A stretch of DNA of 64,000 bases, taken from NCBI RefSeq assembly GCF_008831285.2, contig NC_045138.2, forward strand, positions 35,278,001 to 35,342,000, written 5' to 3'. Source of the stretch: Nymphaea colorata (taxonomy: Eukaryota). How positions within the stretch are numbered: position 1 is the stretch's first letter; each line of letters begins with the position of its first letter. This document shows positions 40,982 to 54,194 of the stretch, one piece after another. A program made the translations under genes and the position numbers. The notes under the pieces were generated by a model that saw nothing but the letters and a program-made list of their open reading frames with translations, searched no databases and had not been told where the DNA came from.

Positions 40982-42220
40982 GCTTGAGGCTTTTGGCTTC
41001 GTTTTTATTTTTCTCACATCAATGTTGGATGTTCATTGTCATGTTTGAAGGCTGTGAGAGATAGCCTCTGTAGTTGGGTGGAGATCCCGCGATTACCTCA
41101 TAAACTATCTGACGCTCATATGGAACTGCTTTCGATACTTCTTCCTCTCTTTTTTGATTTGGCATTAGAGGTAGTATCACCTGATAAGAGAACATAAATA
41201 CTTCCATAATTTCATTCGATAGGGTTTTTATTCCTTGATACATATATATTGGCATATGATCCTTGGCCTTTCTTGATTTTACTTTCCTTGTAGCGTTGGA
41301 TTGCTAGATGCTGCTAGAGAGCCACCGTTCTTTTTGTCCCGGATCTGCTTAAGCATCTTTGAGAATCATAGTCTTTTTTTTTTTTTTTTGTTTTCCGGTT
41401 TGGTGCTCAGAAATGTCAAAATTTCACGTGACTTCGAACATGAGATTATACTTCCCTTTAAGTACAGTAGTTGTGTCATCGTCCTAACCAAAACTAAAAG
41501 GCTTATGCATTTGAGCTATGTAAACAGACAGGACCACGTTGAAACTAGCAGTTGCGTTATCAGAGTTTCAATGACGACCCTCCAAGGCAATTAATTACTC
41601 AAAGGCCGTGGAGGAGTGTCTAGTTTCCTCCTCCTACGAGGCTCTGATTGGTGAGTCGTTCGGAACGTTGAGTTGATGCTGGTGCTCGAAAAGTCGCGGC
41701 TGGCTTTCCCCACGCAACACTAGACGAGGCAAAGGGGTGAGTCCGGTTTAGCGGACTCGCTCAACAGAGAAAAACCAAAAAGCATGGTCAATTGCTCATT
41801 CCATGCTCTTTCTTCTTCCCCCGAAATTTATAGGGGGTACCCTCAATCAAACAGAGGACGCCCCGTCTTTTGTGAGCTCGATTCCCCATCAGTCATCACG
41901 TTCTCGTCCAATGTTTGCTACACGCACAAAATGCCAGAGGGTCGGATCAGAGATGAAGACCCGTGTTGAAATGGTTATGCCATGGCCGATGGGGTAGGGA
42001 AGGACGTAACGTAACGTAACCTTGACCTAACGCAAGCAAAGGTGTTTGGAAAATCTGCCTGCCTCGTGGGCACGTGGTCGAAGCTTTAAAAAGAAGGACA
42101 AAAAAAAAAACGAAGAAAACCTTACCACCATTGATTGGCCCACCCCACAGCCGCGTATTCCCTCGCTTCGGGGCTAGAAGCGTCTTCTAGAATGGAAATC
42201 GTCCCGGCAGGGCGGGAGCC

Positions 42221-42243
42221 CCGCGAAAACAAGAGTTTGGCGG
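42221..42243. promoter_or_regulatory. Two E2F/DP binding sites upstream of CDC45
   Basis: CCGCGAAA (42221-42228; TTTCGCGG on -) and TTTGGCGG (42236-42243) both fit the plant WTTSSCSS consensus, ~300 bp upstream of a replication-initiation gene. Confidence 0.75.
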
Positions 42244-42540
42244 TCTTCAAAAAATTCAAAAGTTTTGTTCAAACCAAATATTTTTTCGAATTCAAAACCC
42301 CGCTCCCCCTATCCCTCTCTATCATTTCCCCTTTTTCTGATTTTGTCTACAGAGGGGGAAGATGTGCAGAACCGTCTCCTGCTTCTCCCACGATCAGCTT
42401 TCAGATGTCAAGGTACGCCGCTTGCTTCGAGCCGTCGCAACTTTCCTTATTCGTTCACTAGTTGCTTCCGATCGCCCATGAGTTTTCCGTTCATGAAATC
42501 CCCATTTCTGCCGAAATTCAGGCTGCCCATCTAGAAAAAT

Positions 42541-44307
42541 ATGGTTAGAGAATTGGAGCCTGTGTCATTCTATAACCGTCTCCGTGAATCGGCGTCCTTG
42601 TCCTCGTCCTCGCCACTGTTGATCTTCCCCTCAACTTCCGATGTCGATTCCCTCTGTGCCTTGAAGATCGTAACCCATGTCCTCTCCTCCGATTCAATTC
42701 GTTATTCTTGCTACCCCATCTCATCGTTTGCGGAGGTTGATCGATTGGCCGGATCCAGCCTCCGATCTGATGATCACCCCATCTCCATCCTCTTGATTAA
42801 TTGGGGATGCCACCGAGACCTGCGCCGGATCCTAAATCTGGGGCCTCTAGCTCGGGTTTTCGTCATCGACAGCCACAGGCCGATCCATTTGCACAACCTC
42901 AGCAGCAGGAACGGCCAGGTCGTCGTCCTCTACACTCGGAATGACGAGGCCATAGCCGATGTTTCCTATGGCGTCGATGTTTCCGAGCTGGCGGATGCTG
43001 TAGATTTGGACTCTGATGATGAGTTTGGCGACGAGAGCGACAGCGATCTTGATGATGACTCTGACGACAGCGAGAGTGATGCCGATGAAGACGAGGACGG
43101 TAGGAGGCGGAAGCGGCGGAGGAGATCGGGGGAGTCGGATGTTGATCGGAAGAAAAGAGAGTACTATCGATTGGGTAGCTTCCACGGGAAGCCCTCTGGT
43201 TGCTTGATGTTCGATGTGTCCAATTCGTTGAGAAAGAACACAAACGAGCTCTTGTGGCTTGCCTGTGTTTCTCTGACTGATCAGTTTGTTCACGAGAGGC
43301 TGACCAACGAGAGGTACCGAGATGGAGCTGATGAGTTGGAGCATCACATCAATAGCTCCGGGAATCTTGACGCCGTGATGTCAATCACTCTTAAAGATGG
43401 TACCAAGATCCGAGCTCCAGACGCTTCAAGAATTGCTTATGAAGAGGAGCCTAGGTTGATGCTATTGCGGGAATGGACTCTGTTCGATTCGATGCTCTGC
43501 TCGTCATATATTGCTACCAAGCTTAAGACTTGGAGCGACAGCGGGCTGAAAAGGCTGAAATTAGCGTTGGCAACGATGGGATTTTCTCTGCTAGATTGCC
43601 AGCAGAAGTATCAGTACATGAGCAGTGAAGTGAAGGAGAACATGAAGGGCGAGTTCAAAAGGCTTCTGCCTCAGTTAGGACTAGAAGAAGTTTACTACAG
43701 GAGCTTTGTTAGGCTGCATGGTTATGGGTCTAAGGTGTCCGCTGCTGATGTGGTCTACGGAGTCACTGCCTTGCTTGAATCCTTTACTGAGTCGAAGGGT
43801 TCCTCTGCTGAACAGTTTTGGTATGCGTACTCGGCATTATCACTAGGCAATCTCGATAAGTTGCGAAAGGGGATGCACAGCGCAATACAGATACAAAGGG
43901 CTATATTGAGACAAGGTAGCTGTGCCATCACCAAAAGTGGGTATATAAGAAGTAGTAGGAAATTCAGATGGTTAAAGATTGAAGATGCAGTTGATACTAA
44001 CTTGTTGGGTTACCCTCAAGCACTGACCAAATTCTGCTACTTTCTCATGGATGCTCTACTAGAAAAGGGTGCAAAGATGAAGCCTCTGATCTGCGCATGC
44101 TTAACACCAGACCCAAGCAAAGTTTTGGTTGTAGGCATTCCTGGTAGGCCGAAATTTATGCAAGGGAATCGCTTTGGCAATGCCTTCCGGGCAGCAGCAG
44201 AGCAGATTGAGGCAGAGTTCTTCCACGAACTCTTTGAGTCTTCTTGGATTATCTTGGACCGAGTTGCTGTTAATTCTTTCATGATCAGGGTCTCCGAGAA
44301 ACTCTAG
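42541..44307 (+). CDS. CDC45: Cell division control protein 45 (CMG helicase subunit), 588 aa, intronless CDS
   Basis: PLLIFPSTSDVDSLCALKI, FVIDSHRPIHLHNL, an acidic loop plus basic NLS-like RRRKRRRR, LLWLACVSLTDQF, EEEPRLMLLREWTLFDSMLCSSYIATKLKTW, GNRFGNAF, HELFESSWI. Confidence 0.97.
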   Translation: MVRELEPVSFYNRLRESASLSSSSPLLIFPSTSDVDSLCALKIVTHVLSSDSIRYSCYPISSFAEVDRLAGSSLRSDDHPISILLINWGCHRDLRRILNLGPLARVFVIDSHRPIHLHNLSSRNGQVVVLYTRNDEAIADVSYGVDVSELADAVDLDSDDEFGDESDSDLDDDSDDSESDADEDEDGRRRKRRRRSGESDVDRKKREYYRLGSFHGKPSGCLMFDVSNSLRKNTNELLWLACVSLTDQFVHERLTNERYRDGADELEHHINSSGNLDAVMSITLKDGTKIRAPDASRIAYEEEPRLMLLREWTLFDSMLCSSYIATKLKTWSDSGLKRLKLALATMGFSLLDCQQKYQYMSSEVKENMKGEFKRLLPQLGLEEVYYRSFVRLHGYGSKVSAADVVYGVTALLESFTESKGSSAEQFWYAYSALSLGNLDKLRKGMHSAIQIQRAILRQGSCAITKSGYIRSSRKFRWLKIEDAVDTNLLGYPQALTKFCYFLMDALLEKGAKMKPLICACLTPDPSKVLVVGIPGRPKFMQGNRFGNAFRAAAEQIEAEFFHELFESSWIILDRVAVNSFMIRVSEKL

Positions 44308-45886
44308 GATGTATTCTTTATTGAACAGGTGACAGTTTAATTTTCTCATGGAACTTGTAACAAATTGTGTTGGGAATTTGAGGCTGCCCAAGATTTTCGA
44401 TGTTGAAGCAACTGCAAATACTTAATTTGTTTATGGTTCTTTGTTCGCTTGAAGTGCTTTGCTTTGTTGATGCTTGTGCAGGTTTTTATTAGACGAGGAA
44501 ATATCAACTGGGTGGTGTGAATTAGTCATACTGCTGGCAGTGGGAAACCCTGGGAAACTAGTACTCTAAACCCTAGCGCCTGTTCATGCTTTGCTTACAT
44601 AGTAAGTGGCTCTCGTGAGTTGTGGAGTCCCGACTGTTTTAAGCACAGCGGATGCTCCAGCAACTAAATCCAACCCCCTTGAGGGGCGTTGGTGCCCAGT
44701 TCATTTTATATCGATTGGCTGGTCTCTGATCTACATTCTTTGTTCTTTTCCACGAGATCAGCTCTTTCAAATGCTTGCGCTCAGAAAGCGTGTTGCTTAT
44801 CTTGATCTTGAAATGCCACTGCAATTTATGAATATTGTATATTGTTCTTTTTAACTGCATAACTTGAATTATGAATAACAAAAGTTTCAGCTACTAACTT
44901 TGTGAATATATATATATATATCTGTACCACAAACACTTGAAACTGGTCGCACCGATTAATTTATGGAGGAGTTTACAGGATGAGATAGGAGTACCAAGTT
45001 ATTTGGACGATTCAGCAACTCCTGGCTAAAAGAAGTTATTATGTGTAAAGGGTAGCCTGTTGTTCCTGAGTTTGCTTAGCTGACTGTTTCATTTCAATGG
45101 ATAATTGTCCGAGGGTTGAAATGCAAAATGCCCGGTCGTGATCTGGTTGCAGTGGAGTTACTTAATATATGGAGGTTTTCTACGGTAGTTCATGAGAAGT
45201 TAAAAGCAGAGCACTGGTGGTTGGAACTTCATTTCTCAAACTCGAAACTACAAGCCGAACCCGAGATTCATGAGCTAGATGCTTGTGTAGAAGGACTGAT
45301 CTTTGTGGAAGTAAATGCCTGATGAGCTTGAGGCAGTCATACCACTTGAATATAGGGCTGCAGACATGCGAAGCATGGGCTTAGAGGAGGATGGCAAACC
45401 TCTCTATTTAGATTAGCTAGGCAGAATCAAGCTCAAGCTGCTTTTAAAATAAAAATTGACTAGCTGCAGAATCAAGCTTAAGCTGATTTTAAAATGAAAA
45501 TTGAGGTTAAGCCTACAAGTATTTGCTTGGGAATTTTGCATTATATATATCAATATTTTTTAATGAATTGACTATTCTTGTAACTGCACAACTCACAAGC
45601 CATTTTAAGGGCTCTTTCCGGTGTTAAGCAGCTTTGGTCATACAAAGAAGACAAGGAAGGGAAAGGGAGAGACGGGCGGATGACAATTCCTGATCCAGGC
45701 GATGGACCCAAATCAAAACGTGGAGTTGAAAAGGTGGCTCGAGAGGATGGAGTTGTATTGTCAATCCCATCCGCATCGCAATCCAATATTTTTGGCAAAA
45801 TGCCGGTGCTCCCAAACAACATTCCCTACTCGTTTAAAATTTATTCAAAACCGAATCACATCGAAGTTGGTGTTGGAACTTTGAAT

Positions 45887-45990
45887 TGCGCTACAGTAGA
45901 TCTAACCTATTAAATGTTTTTTTTTTCGAATTATAAAGTGCGCTACAGTAGATCTAACCTATTAAATGTTTTTTTTTTCGAATTATAAAG
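45887..45990. repeat. Exact 52-bp tandem duplication
   Basis: TGCGCTACAGTAGATCTAACCTATTAAATG(T)10CGAATTATAAAG at 45887 and 45939. Confidence 0.95.
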
Positions 45991-48337
45991 TTTTTTTTTT
46001 CTTTTGCAATCAATATTTACCTGTTCTAGGGGTCAGACAGTTTTGGAATACTGCAGCCTGTTTTAGTATTACAACTGGCAGGTTCCTAATATTGTCCTAT
46101 CGATATCATTTGAGTACATATAATCACAGCTACATTTGATACAAGCAAGTGGAAGTGAAAAAGGCCCCTGGGGTCTAAGTTGGAAACCTTAGGCCCCAGG
46201 GGCTTGGTGGTTGGGGCTCACCCATGCCCTCAATAAAAAAAGAGATGGGTGCAGTGATTTCAACTGAAATCTAAACCATCCTCATGAACATCGCTCTTTG
46301 TACAATTTCAATTAAGCAGATATAAGCAAGGAGACTGCGAGGCTACCAGCTAAAAAGGGTTATGCTGAAGATGGGACATGGCGTAGGTATGGTTTGTTTG
46401 ACGCAGAAATACTTTTGTTACTCGTATGAATCCACACGATATACAGGCGATAAAGATCAACGAGAACGGAGTTTTAGATCGTGGCAATTTTCCTTCCAAT
46501 TAATCGTGGATTCTGGATAGTGGCTCCACATGAAGGAATTGGTCCCATTTTTGTCCCACATATCGAAAAAGCTCCGGTGCAAAGGAAAGGAATAGCATTG
46601 GACAATGCATGAAGGACATGGTGGTGGTCTATTTTAGGGGTATAAGTTCAGGAGCCCATCTAACTGGGGTTGGTCACAAGACAGCTATGAAATTGACAAA
46701 CATTGACTAAGTGCATGAAAGCACAACTAGCTCGTCAATGTGCATCTTAATTGCTGCAGCTGTTCCTTCTCTCCCTTTGTTTCAGATGGGTCGCCATATC
46801 TCTGGTCCAAGCAGCATACGTAGTGAGGGGACGGTGTATGTATCGGAGAATATGTGGTACAATGACCGAAAAAAGTGAGGTCTATAATTTATGGCTACAG
46901 CCACGCCGGCAATAAGTACGCTAACCCCTGTGCTTCCAGCCCACATGTCACGTCCGCATGATACTTTGAGCATTACTTGGGCGTAACATGGCAACTTCTT
47001 CGTAGCTACCACGTTAGCCTTCTCCTTTTCATCATTCACTTTCCTCCAACCTCTGCGGTGCAATCTTCTCATTCTTTCCGCTACGCCTTTAAGCATCGAT
47101 CTCGGGCTTCAATATGGTTTGCTATTTATGTTTCGACAGATTCTTTGTTTCTTTACTTCTCATAGTTATGTAATGGTCCTTAGTTATGCGTTAAATCAAT
47201 TTCCGCACATTGTTTATAGCTTATTTCTCAGATCTTGTTCTCCCATGCATGTTCATTACCAACATATGTCGACAGAATTTTGGAGAATGCTTTTAGCTAA
47301 AAATAAAACATTGAATTTTGTTAATAAATTTGTCCTAATATCAGGGGAGAGAGAGAGACTTATGAAAAGTTATTATTTTAAACATGACCTGTTGTACATG
47401 AACTGATAGGTATGTGAAGTTCCGACAAGGTTTAAATAACTTTGCACTTGTCGCACACTGTTGTTGCATTTGTCACAGTAATTTTGAGCATAATTGGCAG
47501 TACGTATGTGAAGTTGCTTATGTTATAGACAGTACGTATGAAACAACTCTTTTTTCATTTGTACAACTGTTGGCCAGCTCATCTACAATGCCGACCCATG
47601 CCATTACGCCTGCCGCTAAATTTTTTCCGACCACATCCAGCTTGCATCAAGACTTAGACATCGTGACACATCTCAATTACATTCATGCACGCCAATGAGA
47701 TATGGTCTCTTGCAGATAGTTTGGTAATTTTGACGACAATTTTGTTGTTCTTATCTCGTCATTCTATGGTCTCTACACAATTAGTACAGGGTATGCATGG
47801 GGGCACAATAAGTTAACCGCGATCAATATAAAATACAAATATACGCGGTAGATTTACACATATCTAAATGACATTTTCTTCATCTATTGCCTCAACTCAT
47901 CGCATTTTTGCAACAACATCGTCATGAGTATAATAGTTGATGCTGCAATCTAACCCGCTTAATAAATTTAGAGAACATGGATATATTTATTGCCTTGAAA
48001 CTACCGCAAAAATAGTGATATGCTGCATGCACCTATATATGACCATATTTGCTAGTAATCTACATGTTGGTAACAATAGATTACATTGGTATACTGTGAC
48101 GCACAAGTATAACCATGCACCGATGAACTCATGACGTTCTAGTTTATGGCAATCATCATTTAAAGCCATTTATGCACTATATCGTGTGCTTACTCGAAGG
48201 TCGGAAGCCTCCAATCAACCTTGTTCTCTTAGATCTATATAGTTGTACAATTGGACAAGAACCGTAGCATTTTGTGTAGTTTGTTTACATCTTTAAAATA
48301 TTCAGGGAATTGTAAATAAGTAGGTTTAATATGTTAT

Positions 48338-48341
<4 letters not shown>

Positions 48342-48392
<51 letters not shown>
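48342..48392. repeat. (GA)n microsatellite
   Basis: Uninterrupted GA run. Confidence 0.95.
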
Positions 48393-48396
<4 letters not shown>

Positions 48397-51300
48397 CACA
48401 CTACGCTTGATACGTTGCTTCCCCAAGATGTGTCATGCTAATAATCTACTTATGGCTTCATTCACTGCAACAATATTGGAGTAGTGTCGCTTATTGTGCA
48501 TCCCTTCTATTCTTTAGTACTAATCCTTAAATACAATATATGCAATTATGCATCTTTGCTACATGAGTGCGTTGCAGCCCTCATACTTGAGACTTGTAGT
48601 AAATTGTTTGATGTCTTTCAAGTAATCATCATTTTAAAATCACCAAATGGAAGGGTGTTCGTATTCACATTTCTTGCAAATCATGGCCATTGATGGTCTG
48701 TCCCAACATATTTTTTCAAAGCCAGCTAACTCTCCAGACCACTACAACACTCTGTGCCAACAACCATGCACTGCACTTGTGTTAGCTGACGAAGTATATA
48801 TTTAAAACCATGAACAACCAAAAAATAATTGAAATTAACAACCCAACAATTACTAACATTACACCAAAACTCATAATATAATATAAATGCTAACCACTGA
48901 ATTAAGCATGTACTCTCCATAATTACAATTATACATCTTATATATATAACATTTCTTGATGATCATTCTTAAATAGCACTTGTTCTTTCTTTTTGCTTAG
49001 TTCTCTTTCCGTTTATTGTCATCACTTTCCATCTTCCGTATCCTCTCTTTCTTTCAACTTGCACCTTTCATTTCCTTCACTGTGTTCTCTTTCATGAACT
49101 CCTATTCTTATAGTATTTCTTCTTCCTTCTCTTGACCTTTTCTTGTCCCTCTTCTTCTTTATCTTTCTTGCTCCATTTCTCGCTGTCAACCAACTTTGGT
49201 TAGGTCTAAATATTGTCACTCCTTTTCCCTCATGTTCGTTCATTATCTATCAAACCACCAAGTTTACCATTTTATATTCTTCTGAAAGTTTTCTCCACTC
49301 TATCTCCCGAATGAGCAGTTGGCACCCAAAACTTTACAAACATTTTTGCCATGATATGACGTTGGGACGCGCTCTGGAGAGGCGATTCTTCTTTTCTCTT
49401 GATCTCTTTCATCTTGCTTCTTTGCATGTAGTATCATAAGAGACATAAACAAGAACCTATGTTATAAAATTGCAGAAATAGCACAACCAAACAATGATTT
49501 ACTTAAGGTTATATGGATACAACAACTTACTAGTAAAATAATTACTATTAACGTATGCGCTGTAGAATTTTTTGTACAGATTCATGCAAAGCTTTACTTA
49601 ATACTATAAATTAGCAAGCAAGAATTTACCTACTTACAAATAGTGTTATGATACTTAGCAACACATTCTGCATTTTGCACACCAAGTTTGCCTACATATA
49701 CAACTTAGTAGTGTATATACACTAGTAGTTTACATGAACCCACAAGCTATGGATGCCGCATTGACATTATGGACTTAACTTACTAGCAAATCAATATCAG
49801 AAAAAGCGGACATGATTTCTAACGGGTCATTATATGCAAAAACAATTTACTCACCTTACAATAGCAATTGACACTAACCAGCAATTTTAACAGCTTAATG
49901 ACATCGATGTACTATGACAACAAAAAAAATGAAGACACAGACTTAGTGACGAATCTATGATTAGTACTATCAAAACGATCCATTTTTAAAAGTTAAGTTT
50001 GTTCCAATAAGGATTTATATCGATCGCAATGCTAAGGTAGACATTTTCACATGAAAACCCACGACATTTTTGGGAAAACTAATTTTGATCAAAGATGCGG
50101 TTTAGTTGGACGTGAAGAAATAACGTCTTGGGTGGCAAAGCCCACGATCGATGAGCCGATGGGATCTGCAAACCTGGCATACATACACAAATTAAGCAAT
50201 TGTGGTGATTTCATCAACCACAAGCACCCCGGTGGCCGCTAATAGCAACAGGACGAACAGAAGATGATCATGTCTTCAATACACTGCTTGAGACTTTTTG
50301 TAGGAAGATGAAGGACGAAAAAGGTCCGTGAATGGCTTTTTCCCTACCGGCATCAAACGCGCCCTAAGGGCATGATAGATGCAGTTAATTTTTAAAGAAA
50401 ATTACATGACGTGATGTGTAGTTGAAGCGGCGGCCTCAAATGAACACGATGTAGAGATGGGGGAGAAGGTTGATAAGGTGCAGCACAGAGACGTGAGGGT
50501 TGGATGGTGGAACGAGTTAGTGGCGGAGGGACATTCAAAACATGTTTAAACATGTCGAGGTGAAATTGAGGATCATCCAACGGGAAGGAGGAAAGGGGGG
50601 AAAAGGGATTCTAAATATCGTGTTCTCGGGCTTGACAGATATTGCCAAAAACAGGATTTTCTTCTACCGGGTTTGCAAGCTGCCAACCAAAAGACGGTTA
50701 ATTTGACATTCAAGTTCTCAAAATTATGTCATTTACCTAATTCCTGGAATTAGTGGAGGAGATTTTGTGATATGCAATGGAAAAGGTATGAAAGGATAAG
50801 ATTTTTTTTTTTTCTCCTTTCATATGAAAAAGACCACTGGCACTGGATGGTTTCGTTTCTCAGAGAAAAAGAAAAGAAAACCAACTTCCTCCATTTGAAA
50901 TCGCGAACCATGCCCGTATGGTGTTATGACATATTTTTTAACGTCTAATATTATACAATTTTTTTTTTTTTACCTAGTTCTGACTTGCTTAGAAAGTCTC
51001 TCACTGATCACATACACACACAACACAATGTCTCTGTGAGCACATAAGCAAGCCGATTATGCAGATACGCATATGCGTATGCATAGCGGAGGAGGTGTCC
51101 ACGACAATAAATTCTTTTCTTATAGAGGGACCAGTTGGTTTCTAAATATGGGGGAAGCTTCTGGAAATTAATGAGTACAGACTGAGTCGCCTTCCTTCTC
51201 GGCCCTCCCATAATTTTTCCCATGCTCACTTTTGAGCAGGCATTCACATGCGCAGCCTTTATTGCTATTACCATTAAAAAGATGGACATTTTATTTATTA

Positions 51301-51603
51301 CTCCATGGCTTTTACCATTTCTTTTGAGGGCTTTACAGTTTTCATGCAGGCCATGCAATGAACACTTCCCTTCCCCACAGCAAAGCAACGACAGGTCACA
51401 TGTTGGCCTTTCTTCATTTTCCCTCTTCCATCCCTCAATTTGCGTCGCTCCATTTGGAGAACGACACCCCCACTTGCACTTTTTGCATTGTCTGCTATTT
51501 CCTGCCGGCCCACAAATGACTACATATCATCATCATCATCATCTCTCTCTCTCTGACTCTCTCTCTCTTCGTCTCTCTAGCTTACCCGCATATATATGTG
51601 AGA

Positions 51604-51635
<32 letters not shown>

Positions 51636-52956
51636 CTATATATTATCGTTTCATTTTACTGCTTAATTTGCCCAGCTGAGCTCACCACGTTGTGGCCGAG
51701 AGCAACTTGGCAGGGGAGCTGGGCGGGCCTACTAGCTGACCGGACCCGCCCTACTGGCTTAACAATTAAAGTGGTCATTTAAGCCTGAATTGCCGGCAGT
51801 CTGGGCCCAATGCCTTAGTCGTGATCATCAGCTTGACAAGGAAACCTAGGACCTCATTAAGACGACACTGGATGAGCATATGGAAGGATGTCTGAGAAGC
51901 AAAGGTAAAACTGAAAAATCCATCTCTTACATGCATGGGGCTGGTTGAAATGCATTCCACATGATATATACACCGTTATATGGCTGCCCAAGCCGGGCTT
52001 GGCGGTCATCAAATGTACTTTAATTTCAAAAACCAAGTTATGTAGGCCAGGTGAATATAAATTAAAATGTAGAATAGTAAAGTTTGATATCTATATGTCA
52101 TTTTTTATGAGCCAAAGCACCGTCAACAGTAAAGTCCTCATCAACAAATTAAACTTGCATCCCTTTTAGTATACCATTTTGGAACTCTGCATCCATGATC
52201 ATATGGCTGACTTGCGAAGGCTAGCTAGCTGAATGAACCAGAAAGCCGGGTCTGCTACTTTTTCAAGAAGCTAGCGGCAACATAATTGCTATACTATTGA
52301 TCTGACTGCTTTTTTAAACAAAGGATGAACTCAGAAGGTCTAAATATATATTCCAAATGCATCTAAATATGATGAAGGCATTCAACTTTGTTGTAAGGAT
52401 TTAAACAATGTATGTGTGTGTATATTTAATTGTTTGTTTATCTATTAAAAATTGGGAGCTAGCTCACAAAATCTATGGACTCTTGCAAATTCTTTGGTAG
52501 CGGATTTCCATTTAGTCAAACCAGCTGAGTAGCCAAAAGTAATCGATCGACATATTGCTGTATAGATGTAGCGAAAGAGAGGGAGATAGGGGGAGAGATG
52601 CGTCTGTCCTTGAAATTACGCGTTCCCATATGTTGTTATCTTGGCCACAGGGATCTCGCAAGCAAATTTAAATAAGGCAAAAGTTGCAATCTTGTGGAAG
52701 AAGGAAAACGAAACAATTCTAATAACCCGTTTAGGGTCTCGGAAAAGGCAACGAGTGTTCCCCCCAGATATTATTGCAGCTGATACAATCTTAAAATAAG
52801 AAAATAGTTCATGGTGCGAAAGATCTTCTGGATGCATAACGCAATGGACAATTTGAACCAGTGGAGTATTGACTACCTCTTTTATAATGACAAACTCAAG
52901 GAAGAAAGGAGTAATTTCAGTTTATTATTAGAGTTATTTACTGAACAGAGACGGCT

Positions 52957-54155
52957 TCAGAACAATGCGTCCGGGTGACAAACTTCTGGGATCTTGATGA
53001 TGTCTTCCTCTTGTCCTGCTGCCTCTTCTAGAAGCCATTTCTCTAACATGGAGAGAGGTGGGTGGCCCTCAATTCTTTGTTTGCTTTCGTTCATGGAGCA
53101 ATCGGAGGAAGATTTTTCGTGCGTAAGGCAGCTGACATTCTCGAAGGCGAGTAGAGAGTCTAGCTCTTCCTGCGACATGAGCTCTCCTTGAAATTGCTCA
53201 GACTTAGGTTGACTGCATGCACCGATAGCAGTAGCAGCGGCGGTGGCATCACTAGCAACCTGTTGGACTGGCGGTTTGCGAGGCGACTTGGGGGAAGACC
53301 TTAACCAACCTTCAAGAAGTCGTGATATGTTCTCCGTGCTTGACGCATAGGTCGAACTCTGACATAGCCTGGAATCTGAGTTCATACGATCGCCTTCTGA
53401 CCTTGATCTCTGGTTGCTGTTCTGACTAATGAGCTGCGAGTTGCTTATGCCAGATCCCGTATGAATGTCCAGTGCTGCTTGGAATTTTTTAATCTTCTTC
53501 TTCAAATGGGTATTCCAGTAATTCTTGATATCATTATCGGTCCTTTGGGGAAGGTATGAAGCAATGGCAGCCCATCTGAATATTAATGTTCCAAAACCGC
53601 GTAAAAACAAAACAGGATGAGCAATCGCAGGGATTCCTTTAGAATGAGGTAGAAATTTTGATAAAGGAAGCATACGCCTCCGACTCCGAACAAAAATTTC
53701 ATACCGCAAACCATGCAATTTCCAGTTGAGCAAGTACCTGTTTCCTAACAAGGCCTGAAGGTGGATAATCATGCCTTCTTCGTGCGGAGTAAAATTCCCA
53801 CGTTTGATTCCTGGTCTCAGGTAATTAGTCCATCGGAGTCTACAGCTTTTACTGCATCGCATCAGACCTATAGAACCCAAAAAGCACGGAATAAGATTAT
53901 TATTGGAGATGTTTTGTCATGAAAATTGTCCTCAACTGTAAGCCACCTTGCTTGAGATTAGACTAGTCAGAATTACAATTTAAAAAGAGGAGAACATTTT
54001 TCCGCTAACCTGGGAGCACTAGATGGAGGGAAAAGTTACAACTAGTTGAAAAAACAAAACCCAACTCTCCGCTAAAATTCATACAAAGGGGCGGTCCATA
54101 TGGTTCAGCTTATGTTAAATTGCGTCGTCAGTTTCGAATGAACAAATAGATACAC

Positions 54156-54194
<39 letters not shown>

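Noticed and set aside
42847..43347. Antisense ORFs inside CDC45
   Set aside because: Shadow frames of a real CDS.
44566..44576. CTAAACCCTAG as a telomerase RNA template or interstitial telomere
   Set aside because: A single telo-box-like motif in the CDC45 3' region; no USE/TATA Pol III promoter and no repeat array.
46553..46565. GTCCCACATATCG resembling the snRNA USE element
   Set aside because: 2-nt insertion versus the consensus, no correctly spaced TATA, and no recognisable snRNA downstream.
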